From Arcicella sp. (GTDB lineage: Bacteria > Bacteroidota > Bacteroidia > Cytophagales > Spirosomataceae), in NCBI GenBank assembly GCA_043769985.1, contig JAYVIV010000136.1:5802-69801 (forward strand): a stretch of 64,000 nt of DNA, written 5' to 3'. The translations under genes were made by a program, and so were the position numbers. The notes below the pieces were generated by a model that was given only the letters and a program-made list of their open reading frames with translations, had not been told where the DNA came from and made no database searches. This document shows, one piece after another, positions 1 through 9,180 of the stretch (within the stretch, counting starts at the first letter, position 1; every line of letters begins with the position of its first letter).

Positions 1-56
1 TTTCAAAATCAATCTTTTAGAGCCTTGTTATAATTCCGTAAAGCCCCGACAAGGTA

Positions 57-704
57 ATGAACTATTTTTTAACTTTTCTAAGCATGGAGCATAACAAAAA
101 ATCTCATTGGGAGAATGTTTTTTCTACCAAAAATCTTACAGACGTAAGTTGGTATCAAGAAGTCCCAAATACTTCTTTGGCATTTATTCGCTCTTTAAAT
201 TTACCCAAAACGTCCCATATAATTGATGTGGGTGGGGGAGATAGTTATTTGGTAGATTATCTTTTGAAAGATGGTTTTGAACATATCACGGTTCTGGATA
301 TTTCGGAAAAAGCTCTTGAAAAAGCGAAAGAAAGATTAGGAGAATCTGCCAATAAAATCAAGTGGATTGTTTCAGATATAACTGACTATCAGAATAATAC
401 GAAACAATACGACGTTTGGCATGATCGTGCAGCATTTCATTTTTTAGTAGAAAATAAACAGATTGAAACCTATCTTTCCATTGCCAAAGAAAACATCAAA
501 AATGAAGGTTTTTTGAGTGTTGGAACGTTTTCGGAGCAAGGTCCTACTAAATGTAGTGGTTTAGAAATCAAACAATATTCAGAAGAATCCATGAGTGATA
601 AATTCAAGGAAAATTTTGAAAAAATAAGGTGTATTAATGAAAATCATGTGACACCATTTAAGACGGTACAAAATTTTACTTTTTGTACTTTTCAAAGAAA
701 GTAA
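57..704 (+). CDS. Class I SAM-dependent methyltransferase
   Basis: Motif IIDVGGGDS, DISEKAL, DVWHDRAAFHF. True start may be the Met at 84. Confidence 0.8.
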   Translation: MNYFLTFLSMEHNKKSHWENVFSTKNLTDVSWYQEVPNTSLAFIRSLNLPKTSHIIDVGGGDSYLVDYLLKDGFEHITVLDISEKALEKAKERLGESANKIKWIVSDITDYQNNTKQYDVWHDRAAFHFLVENKQIETYLSIAKENIKNEGFLSVGTFSEQGPTKCSGLEIKQYSEESMSDKFKENFEKIRCINENHVTPFKTVQNFTFCTFQRK

Positions 705-787
705 TAGATACAATTAAAAGAAATGAATGTATTTGGCAGAAAGATTATTCAATCCTTCTATCATTCATTCATTCTATCATTAAGTTT

Positions 788-2215
788 ATGAAAGTAGAAC
801 AAATTTACACGGGCTGTTTGGCTCAGGGGGCATATTATATTGAGTCTGATGGAGAAGTTGCCATCATTGACCCATTGCGTGAAGTGAATTCGTATATCGA
901 AAAAGCCAAGCGAAATAATGCTACGATAAAGTACATTTTCGAGACTCATTTTCACGCTGATTTTGTGTCTGGGCATTTGGAATTATCCCACAAAACGAAC
1001 GCTCCAATCATCTATGGACCAAAGGCAAATCCTAAGTTTGAAGCAGTGATTGCCACTGATAATCAGGAGTTTAAGTTGGGAAATGTAACGATAAAAGTAT
1101 TACATACCCCTGGACATACGATGGAATCAAGTTGTTTTTTGTTGTTTGATGAGAACGGAAAAGCGACAAATCTTTTTTCGGGAGATACGCTTTTTATTGG
1201 TGACGTTGGTCGCCCAGATTTGGCACAAAATGGCTTGATGACGATGGAGGATTTGGCAGGGCATTTGTACGATTCTTTGCAAACCAAAATTATGCCTTTG
1301 GCGGATGATATCGTGGTCTATCCAGCACATGGGGCGGGTTCGGCTTGTGGAAAGAATATGTCGAAGGAAACTTCTGATACTTTGGGGCATCAGAAGCAAG
1401 TAAATTATGCGTTGCAACCACAAACGAAAGAGCAATTTATCGTTGCTGTTACGGAAGGTTTAACTCCACCGCCATTCTATTTTCCGAAGAATGTACAATT
1501 AAATAAGACTGGTAGTCAGGATGTTGAGAATGTAATGGAAAGAGGATTGACTTCACTCTCCCCTGATGAATTTGAGGATTTGGCTAATACGATTGACACT
1601 TTAGTGATTGATACCCGCAAGCCAGAAATATTTAGGGTAGGCTTTATTCCTCGGTCAATTTTTATTGGTATTGATGGTGATTTTGCCCCTTGGGTGGGTA
1701 CACTCGTAAGGGATATTCAGCAAGAAATCTTGATTGTGGCTGATGAAGGACGTGAGGAAGAAGTCATAAAACGCCTTGCAAGAGTGGGTTATGACAATGT
1801 TTTGGGTTATTTGAAAGGTGGTTTTGAGGCTTGGAAAATGGCAGGGAAAGAGATTGATGAAGTTGAGTCAATTACTGCTGATGAGTTTGCGGATATTTAT
1901 ATAGTGAACCAAAAGCGAATAGCCAACAGCGAACATCAAACATCGAAAACCGAAAATCAAATCAAAATAAAAGACGTAAGAAAAAGCACCGAATTTGAGA
2001 CTGGACACATCAAAGAAGCTGAGAATATTCCCTTAGCACAAATTTCTGAATTGATGGACGAGTTTGATAAAGAGGAGACCAATTACGTTCATTGTGCAGG
2101 GGGCTATCGTTCAATGGTTGCGTCAAGTATCTTAAAATCAAGGGGTTATGACAATATAGTAGATATTCAAGGAGGTTTTGGAGCGATTGCTGCTACTGGG
2201 ATTTTAACCCAGTAA
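788..2215 (+). CDS. MBL-fold metallo-hydrolase fused to rhodanese domains (ETHE1/CstB-like)
   Basis: ETHFHADF, HTPGHT, GDTLFIGDVGRPDL, C-terminal HCAGGYRS. Start moved from 683 to 788 (MKVEQIYTGCLAQ) because the upstream extension runs through a repeat. Confidence 0.88.
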   Translation: MKVEQIYTGCLAQGAYYIESDGEVAIIDPLREVNSYIEKAKRNNATIKYIFETHFHADFVSGHLELSHKTNAPIIYGPKANPKFEAVIATDNQEFKLGNVTIKVLHTPGHTMESSCFLLFDENGKATNLFSGDTLFIGDVGRPDLAQNGLMTMEDLAGHLYDSLQTKIMPLADDIVVYPAHGAGSACGKNMSKETSDTLGHQKQVNYALQPQTKEQFIVAVTEGLTPPPFYFPKNVQLNKTGSQDVENVMERGLTSLSPDEFEDLANTIDTLVIDTRKPEIFRVGFIPRSIFIGIDGDFAPWVGTLVRDIQQEILIVADEGREEEVIKRLARVGYDNVLGYLKGGFEAWKMAGKEIDEVESITADEFADIYIVNQKRIANSEHQTSKTENQIKIKDVRKSTEFETGHIKEAENIPLAQISELMDEFDKEETNYVHCAGGYRSMVASSILKSRGYDNIVDIQGGFGAIAATGILTQ

Positions 2216-3070
2216 CAACAAAATAAAAAATAGATTCAAGCAAACAGAACCAAGCATATTTAACCGCATTGTGTGGTGAAAATCGGCTTGGTTTTCGTTT
2301 TTAAGCACTTTCAAAAACCATAAATTAAAGTAAATTAATACGGGAGACATCACTAAAAGGTAAACGGCAAAAGCGGGAAAATGATAGATTTGAACGCCTT
2401 GAAAATAGAAGAAAAATTCAATCGTAACAAGCAGAAAAATGCTCGCTGTGAATACGAAAGTCCCTTTAATTCCCAACAATCTACTCATCGTCATATCGCC
2501 TCTACGGGCATCTTCTTCGTGCTGATAAATCTGGGTCATGGGATAGAATCCTAAGAGATTTAGACTACTTAAAATGGCTGGAAAAAGATATTTATTTTGC
2601 AAAATTTCGCTCAATGAAATCTTATCAACGGCTTGAATAACAGTTAAATACGTGAATGCTCCTTGAAAAATACCCACCGTTAGCCAACTAATAATTGGGT
2701 ATTTTTTTAACCGTATTTTATCGTTGGAATATGCTTTTGAAATGGAACTATAAATAATTAAAGCCACGCTTAAAATCCAACCTCCCAGGAAGTATGCTAC
2801 GACGATTGCCACAATATCCAAAATCCATGAAACATAGAATAGTTCAATATTGACAGGGGGAGGGTTTTCAAGCCCACCGATAGGACCTTCATCTTTATCA
2901 AAATAGCTATTATAGGCATTTGAGGCAGGATAAATCAGTAAATGCAATATTACAAAAAGCCCTGCCGTAATGACCCAATCAGGATTTTGAGATTGACTAA
3001 CCGCAAACCAGAAAACTGGCATCAGGAATAATGAAAAGGGTATGCGTAGATGGAGGATAATGTTCTTCAT
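2204..3070 (-). CDS. UbiA family prenyltransferase
   Basis: Multi-pass hydrophobic protein with NSYFDKDEG and QIYQHEEDARRGD Asp-rich motifs. Confidence 0.8.
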   Translation of the reverse strand: MKNIILHLRIPFSLFLMPVFWFAVSQSQNPDWVITAGLFVILHLLIYPASNAYNSYFDKDEGPIGGLENPPPVNIELFYVSWILDIVAIVVAYFLGGWILSVALIIYSSISKAYSNDKIRLKKYPIISWLTVGIFQGAFTYLTVIQAVDKISLSEILQNKYLFPAILSSLNLLGFYPMTQIYQHEEDARRGDMTMSRLLGIKGTFVFTASIFLLVTIEFFFYFQGVQIYHFPAFAVYLLVMSPVLIYFNLWFLKVLKNENQADFHHTMRLNMLGSVCLNLFFILLLLG

Positions 3071-3094
3071 TTTGTTAAATTAGGGTTGGTTATT

Positions 3095-3220
3095 TTGTCT
3101 GGGCGACCCCGTCTGAATTAGGATTCATTGGATTATAGGATTTTTAAGATTATTGACTTCAATAATTTCGACAAATTAATCTAAAAAATCCATTAATCTG
3201 ACGAATCCAAATTCAGACAG
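3095..3220. repeat. Inverted-repeat element family A (TCTGAATTTGGATTC...GAATCCAAATTCAGA), copy 1
   Basis: Imperfect terminal inverted repeats; overlaps the helicase stop codon. Confidence 0.85.
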
Positions 3221-6200
3221 GTTTCTTCCAAAAATTACGACTAAAAATTCTTTCAAATTTCCACCCTTTCGCTCGTAAACCCGCAGGAATGTAGGCGAAT
3301 GTTTCCTTCGGAGAAAGGTGTTCGTAATATAAATCATCATCCGTTAAGATTAATGATTCATAGTTTTTACTGTTTTTTACAGTTATGTCTGCAAATGGTA
3401 ACTCTTTGATATACGAGCCATGGTCAGACTGTGCGCCCCAGTGTTCCCCACCGACCACTCCATTAATTAATTGCTCCTTCAATAACCACTCTGCCTGATA
3501 ATTTTCTGAGCGGTGGGCTTGTGGTTTATAATTTCCTTCTGATACTTTTAGGGCATATTCCAAATAGCTTTTCAGTAATCTTGGACCTTCATTTTGTGCT
3601 TCTTCCACTCGTAATTGATTCGGCAAAATACTACTGATAATATATATTTTTTCTCTGGCACGGGTAATGGCCACATTCAAGCGATTTTCACCTCCTTGTC
3701 CATTCAAAGAACCAAATTGCATTGCCATTTTGCCTTTTGCATCGGGAGCATATCCGATGGAAAAGATGATAATATCTCGTTCATCGCCTTGCACATTTTC
3801 TATGTTTTTTACGAACAGCCCCCTAACCCCCGAAGGGGGAACTTGCTCGTCCGATTTGGACGTTAATTTTGTGTCGAAAGTTCCCCCTTCGGGGGTTAGG
3901 GGGCTGAGTAAATCTTGAATCAAACCTTGTTGTTTGAAGTTAAAAGTAACAATTCCGATTGATTTTTCGGGAGATGTTTGATGAATATTTTTCACTAAAT
4001 CAATGACCCTTTCTGCCTCAATTTGATTGGTGCTATTTTCCCAAATTCCATCCACTTTAAAATACTGAATAGCGGGTTTTTGAAGATTAATCTCTTGAAA
4101 ATCAGGCAATAACGATAAAGTATTTTTATAAAAATATTGATTAGAAAAATCAATTAGGTCTAAAGATTTGCTTCGATAATGACCTCGCAGTTGCGTTTGC
4201 GGTAAATATTGACAAGCTAAATCCAAGAGCGAATCTACTTCTAATTCAGGGTTGTCATCCGCATCGTTTTCAAACCTAACTCTGTACAAATCACTGGGTT
4301 GCAATTGTTTGGAATCACCCGCAATGACCACTTGCTTACCCCTGTATAATGCAGGAATACCTTGTTCAGCAAAACATTGTGAGGCTTCATCGAAAATGAC
4401 CAAATCGAAAATACCCGAAGCGTCGGTAGCCCCCTGCCCCCCTTCAAGGGGGCAAAGTGGAAAAATCGCAGAAACTGTTTCGGGAGAAGCCAACCAACAG
4501 GGAACAAGTTTAAACAATTCTTCCGAATATTCAGTAATTAATTTCCGAACTGACCACAATTTACGTTTTTTACCAACTTGATGCTTCAAATCACGATAAG
4601 TTATGGTATTTTGAAGTCGATTTTTTTCTAAATTTTGATACGTTAATTCTCGGAGTTTCAACAATAAAATCTCTTGACTTAGGGTTTGTTTTTTCTGAAC
4701 TGAATCCTGCAAATCAATTTCTAACTGATTCATTTTCAAAGAACTAACGCTTCTTAGAATTGGATATTTTTCTTCAATATTTTCAATCCAAGCTAATTTT
4801 AAACTGTTCATAAAATGGTCGGTGGGGACACTGACCATTACGGACAGAAGTCTTTTTTCAGGTAAAAACAATTCAATCATCGACCATTCTGTACGACTAA
4901 AAGATGCCCTCAATGAATCAGATTCTTGCATTAAATCGAAGTTTTCTTTTAGGTAAGAATTAATGTTTGATAAATCTCCCGTGGCTTGTCTGGGCGACCC
5001 CGTGTTCACAAGTCCACACGCAAGAATATCTATTTGATTTTTAGATAAATAATTATTCCAAACTGCCTGAATATCAATTAATTGCTGTGATTGTTGAATT
5101 AAGAAATTGATTTGTTTTTGGAAATCGTTCCATGTTGTTGTTCCCGTTGTTGTCTGTGTCTTCACAGACAACCCCATAGTCGTCTGTGAAGACACAGACA
5201 ACAACGGGTATGACGGCAATATTTTCGTCAACGGTTTCCATATTTTATTCGCTTTTTCGGCTTGATATAATTGTTGAAAATTACGTTCAAACCAACGATA
5301 TCCTTTACGTAGCCATATTGGATCTTCATTCCTATCCAATTCGCCAAATAAAAATCCCCATTCATTCCACCATTTTTCTAAGCCAATACGATTTTGGATT
5401 CTTTGTTGTAATTTCTGTAAATCTTCCAACGAAAGACTTAAGCCATTCGCCCTCGTAACATTCTGAATATTAGCTTTTTGATTTGAAAAAAAACGCCAAA
5501 CTAATCCACCAATAACATTCGACTTTGTGTCAATTGCTTCGTTTAACTTTGACAGAAAAGGTAATAAATGGGAACTTGGTAAGGTAATTTCAATCCCTTG
5601 ACCGGCAAAAAATTGAGCCACTTGTGCTTCTAATTCACCAATTTTTGTAGTATTGAGTTTAATCTTTTCTTGAATATTTCTACTAAAAACCTGATAAATT
5701 TTCTCATTTCCAATTAATGATAACAAATTCTGAAAACGTTCTTTTTCCCCTGAAATCTTTTCCAATTCTTGAAAATTTAAGATGTTTTTCAGAATTTCTG
5801 ATGATTCATTTTCAAGGTTTTGTACAAAATCGTGTACTTCTTGAACAACTTTCAAAATCTGTGAAATTTCTGAATATTGACGGTTTTGAAAAGAGAGGCG
5901 AGATTGCCAAAAAGAAGCCTCTGTGACTTGTCTGGGGGATTCCGTGTTCACCAATCCACTTTTTAATTTATTTTCATAAACGCAATATCTTTCAAATTTC
6001 TTCGAAAAATCATTTATCTCATTGAATTTGAAGTGTTTATAATCTTCTTTCAAATTCAAAAAAGGTTGATTTGGCGAACTTGTTAAGTATAATTCTTTTA
6101 CGGAAACACCGCATACTGAAACATCAAAAAGGGCATCTTTGAACTCTTGTAAAGTATCAGAAATTTTATCAATTTGACGGCTTTCTTGGGTAAAATTTCG

Positions 6201-7502
6201 TTCCAAAAAAATTGCATCAAGGCTCTGATTTTTCTTTTGATAATCTTCGATTTGTTCAATTTGATTCAAAATCTGAGCGTACAAAGTTTTACGGTCATTC
6301 TTGAAGTCATGTACATTGCCTACAAACGGTCGCATTCCTGCTCGTGTGAGGCGTTCCTGCACAACATCGAGGGCGGCTCGTTTTTGAGAAACGACCAAAA
6401 CTTTTTTACCACGAGCCGTAAAATCCGCAATAAGATTACAAATTAATTGAGATTTCCCCGTCCCAGGCGGTCCTTGAACTACCATCGAAGCTCCCGCTTT
6501 TATTTGTTGCAAAGCCAATTCTTGAGAAGCATCAACGGCAAAAGGGGTTAGGAGGTTTTCTTCACGGGGTTTAGGGATTGGGGGATTTAGGGGTTGGGGA
6601 TTGGGGAAAAGGGACTCTAATCCCTCTTTCTCAAATTTTCTATCAATATTTTCTAAGTTTTCTACGCTGTCTTCCGTCTTCTTTTCTCCTTTTTCCTTAC
6701 TGCTTTCCTCCAATAACTCCTCATAATCAGGCACTAAAAATGATCCTGCCTGTGGAAAAATTCCTAAGACTGCTTGGGGGTATAATTTTAATTCTCCATT
6801 GTTTTCAGAAAGGTCTAAATCTGATTTTAATTGTTTCTCAAAATGTTGTAACCCATTGACAAAAATCTCTTTATTGAAATCAATTTTTAAAGAAGAATCT
6901 TTCAAAAATTCGTATAATTGTGTTCTAAATTCAAGCGAATCTTTTGAAAAATCTTCAAAACTATGTTCTAAAAATTCATCCGAAATTTGGAGTTGATTGA
7001 AGTGTGAATAAGCTAAAAGGAAACTACGATTGAGAATAGCCCCCTGACCCCCAGAGGGGGAAGTAAAAACGTACTCGGAAACTCCCCCTCTGGGGGTTAG
7101 GGTGGCTATCGTTACAGGAAAAAATAATAAAGGACAACGCACAACCGTTCCGTCCGAAAACTTGCCTTTAATGATGGGATAACCCACATATAAATCTTCC
7201 GAACCACGTTCCTCTTCAATAAATTTTTCAGTCCTTGAAATCTTGCGTAAATACTTACTTACTTGATTTACTCGCTCATATCGTGGGTCGTGAATTTCAC
7301 AAAGAGAAATAGCATTTTTTTGAGCGATTAATTGCTCTATGATGTTAAATGAAGGTTTATTTTGTAAAAAATCAAGCTCGTGAATATCTAAAAACTGTTC
7401 AGCAGAGAGGTTTAATAACAACAAAGATTTATTCCTTGAGGTTAGATTGGTTAGTCTTTTTTGATATGATTTTAGGATTTTTTGTAATTTATTCTCTTGC
7501 AT
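3213..7502 (-). CDS. DUF4011 / superfamily-1 (UPF1/Dna2-like) helicase carrying multiple in-frame repeat insertions
   Basis: QGPPGTGKS, FDEASQ, GDSKQLQP, HYRS, ENVQGDERD, RLNVAITRAR. ORF is open from 7538; likely start MQENKL at 7502. Confidence 0.85.
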   Translation of the reverse strand: MQENKLQKILKSYQKRLTNLTSRNKSLLLLNLSAEQFLDIHELDFLQNKPSFNIIEQLIAQKNAISLCEIHDPRYERVNQVSKYLRKISRTEKFIEEERGSEDLYVGYPIIKGKFSDGTVVRCPLLFFPVTIATLTPRGGVSEYVFTSPSGGQGAILNRSFLLAYSHFNQLQISDEFLEHSFEDFSKDSLEFRTQLYEFLKDSSLKIDFNKEIFVNGLQHFEKQLKSDLDLSENNGELKLYPQAVLGIFPQAGSFLVPDYEELLEESSKEKGEKKTEDSVENLENIDRKFEKEGLESLFPNPQPLNPPIPKPREENLLTPFAVDASQELALQQIKAGASMVVQGPPGTGKSQLICNLIADFTARGKKVLVVSQKRAALDVVQERLTRAGMRPFVGNVHDFKNDRKTLYAQILNQIEQIEDYQKKNQSLDAIFLERNFTQESRQIDKISDTLQEFKDALFDVSVCGVSVKELYLTSSPNQPFLNLKEDYKHFKFNEINDFSKKFERYCVYENKLKSGLVNTESPRQVTEASFWQSRLSFQNRQYSEISQILKVVQEVHDFVQNLENESSEILKNILNFQELEKISGEKERFQNLLSLIGNEKIYQVFSRNIQEKIKLNTTKIGELEAQVAQFFAGQGIEITLPSSHLLPFLSKLNEAIDTKSNVIGGLVWRFFSNQKANIQNVTRANGLSLSLEDLQKLQQRIQNRIGLEKWWNEWGFLFGELDRNEDPIWLRKGYRWFERNFQQLYQAEKANKIWKPLTKILPSYPLLSVSSQTTMGLSVKTQTTTGTTTWNDFQKQINFLIQQSQQLIDIQAVWNNYLSKNQIDILACGLVNTGSPRQATGDLSNINSYLKENFDLMQESDSLRASFSRTEWSMIELFLPEKRLLSVMVSVPTDHFMNSLKLAWIENIEEKYPILRSVSSLKMNQLEIDLQDSVQKKQTLSQEILLLKLRELTYQNLEKNRLQNTITYRDLKHQVGKKRKLWSVRKLITEYSEELFKLVPCWLASPETVSAIFPLCPLEGGQGATDASGIFDLVIFDEASQCFAEQGIPALYRGKQVVIAGDSKQLQPSDLYRVRFENDADDNPELEVDSLLDLACQYLPQTQLRGHYRSKSLDLIDFSNQYFYKNTLSLLPDFQEINLQKPAIQYFKVDGIWENSTNQIEAERVIDLVKNIHQTSPEKSIGIVTFNFKQQGLIQDLLSPLTPEGGTFDTKLTSKSDEQVPPSGVRGLFVKNIENVQGDERDIIIFSIGYAPDAKGKMAMQFGSLNGQGGENRLNVAITRAREKIYIISSILPNQLRVEEAQNEGPRLLKSYLEYALKVSEGNYKPQAHRSENYQAEWLLKEQLINGVVGGEHWGAQSDHGSYIKELPFADITVKNSKNYESLILTDDDLYYEHLSPKETFAYIPAGLRAKGWKFERIFSRNFWKKPV
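3816..3906. repeat. C/G-rich inverted-repeat element (family B) inside the helicase CDS
   Basis: 28-bp perfect IR CAGCCCCCTAACCCCCGAAGGGGGAACT with a 35-bp spacer. Confidence 0.9.
5143..5208. repeat. REP-doublet-like element (family C, GTG-RRGA-CAC hairpin) inside the helicase CDS
   Basis: 27-bp perfect IR CCCGTTGTTGTCTGTGTCTTCACAGAC with a 12-bp spacer. Confidence 0.9.
7039..7106. repeat. Family B element inside the helicase CDS
   Basis: GCCCCCTGACCCCCAGAGGGGGAAGT...ACTCCCCCTCTGGGGGTTAGGGTGGC. Confidence 0.85.
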
Positions 7503-7642
7503 TTTTTTTGTTAATATCTGCGAAAGTAATAACAGCAAAGTCGCTATGACGCTAAGATAAGTATGACTATGGTAATTATTTCATTCACTTAAATTTTTTA
7601 AAATCTTAGCATCCTTGTAGCTTTGTAGTATCACAATTTATT

Positions 7643-9076
7643 TCACAAGCCTAAACTCTTATTTACATACCACTGAATTTCGTCGTTATCACCATAATAT
7701 AGCCAATTCCAAGCAATTACGGCACTTTCTACTGAGAAATAAAAGATTGTCAGTACCGCAAAAAGCGTTAAATTTAAAGCTAAATATTTCAATAAATCAG
7801 GCTTATCCCTCTTAATAAAACTTAATCCCGTTGCCAGTAATAAAACGATTGGATAAAAAACGTGTGCTAATAATCTTGTGTGCATGAAAGCCCAGTCGTT
7901 ATACTTTATCAACCCCGTAAACATAATAGCAAAACTTCCCAAAAGCAAAATTAAACAAGTGGCTCGAAAAATTTTTTCCCAAAAAATTATAGTTCCATAT
8001 TGTTGCCTCCAAGTAAAAAACAACAACATAAATCCTTGTCTAATTAATAAAGCTAATCCAATGATAATCAGCATTGTAGGCAATATTCCTAAGATAAAAA
8101 AGATACTTCCAATATATCGAAAACCTGAATAGTTTCCGAATGTTAAATTATTTTCAAAATATTGGTGTTTATACCAAAAAGTTCCGTACATCAACAAAGG
8201 TGCTGAATGAATACTTGGATTTCGAGAGGATAAATTGGGGTCTTTGATAAGCGTGAAAATATTAATATTGTAATAACTCTGAGGTCCAATGTAAAAAATG
8301 GCATTGCTCGCCAGTGGAAAAATATCAAGATTATGCACAAAAATTTTATGTTGCTGCCATCTATAATTTTCTACGAATTTATAGGTGCCTGAAAACCCAA
8401 TTATCGCTCCACACAAAATCATCGTAGAGGTCATTTTCCAGAATGGCTTTCGGAAGTTTACTAAGAAAATTATTAACAAAACTACTGGTATAAAAGGAAT
8501 AAAAGTAGATTTCGTTAAAAGAGCTAACCCTGCTGATAGTGAGAGAATTACAACATTTTTTAGCGTCTGGTCTCTCAAATATTTAATGAGATTATAAAAA
8601 AACCACGTCCCCATCAAGACAGAAAGTGTATCGTTTGAAACGAATAATGAATAGATGAGATATGTTCCCAAAAAGGTGGCTAAAAGGAAACTTAAATTCC
8701 GAATCTCCACATCTTTAATCGTCATTTTTACTAATTTTGACATTAACCACAAGTTCAAACAAGACGTGATTAACCCATAAAATTCAACCATTTTCAATCC
8801 TCCAATTACATAAAAAGGAAGAGATGTCAAATAGTATAAGGGAGGATGACAGGCTAAAAAAAGTTCATTTGTACGGGGCAAACGATGGTTTTTAATTATG
8901 AAATCCAATACTTCATAGTGTGCATCAGCACCTTGAGGATTCATGACAATAAATACTAAGACCCGAAGTATAATTCCAAGCCAAAGGATTTTATTCAGTG
9001 AAGTCTCTTTACTGAAAAAGTTAGCTATTTCATTAAGCATTTTTGATATTTTTAGATTAAAGACGCTCAAATTCAA
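7643..9076 (-). CDS. Polytopic membrane glycosyltransferase (GT-C, ArnT/PMT-like)
   Basis: Many TM segments, DAHY...HPPLYY, NDTLS, LALLTKST; divergent from a GT2 gene. Confidence 0.6.
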   Translation of the reverse strand: MNLSVFNLKISKMLNEIANFFSKETSLNKILWLGIILRVLVFIVMNPQGADAHYEVLDFIIKNHRLPRTNELFLACHPPLYYLTSLPFYVIGGLKMVEFYGLITSCLNLWLMSKLVKMTIKDVEIRNLSFLLATFLGTYLIYSLFVSNDTLSVLMGTWFFYNLIKYLRDQTLKNVVILSLSAGLALLTKSTFIPFIPVVLLIIFLVNFRKPFWKMTSTMILCGAIIGFSGTYKFVENYRWQQHKIFVHNLDIFPLASNAIFYIGPQSYYNINIFTLIKDPNLSSRNPSIHSAPLLMYGTFWYKHQYFENNLTFGNYSGFRYIGSIFFILGILPTMLIIIGLALLIRQGFMLLFFTWRQQYGTIIFWEKIFRATCLILLLGSFAIMFTGLIKYNDWAFMHTRLLAHVFYPIVLLLATGLSFIKRDKPDLLKYLALNLTLFAVLTIFYFSVESAVIAWNWLYYGDNDEIQWYVNKSLGL

Positions 9077-9180
9077 TGGAATTCAGAATCTTTTCGTTAG
9101 GAAACTACTCTGGTATTCATTTTGTAAAGAACTTTGTATGAATTACCTTAAATAAAACCTTTAAAAAATCCGTTCCATAG

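Noticed and set aside
683-787. 35-aa N-terminal extension of the MBL hydrolase
   Set aside because: It runs through an intergenic CTATCAT-type repeat and overlaps the upstream gene; the family start is MKVEQIY at 788.
6578-6859. ORF beginning MGDLGVGDWGKG on the + strand
   Set aside because: Antisense read-through of the G-rich heptamer insert in the helicase, not an independent gene.
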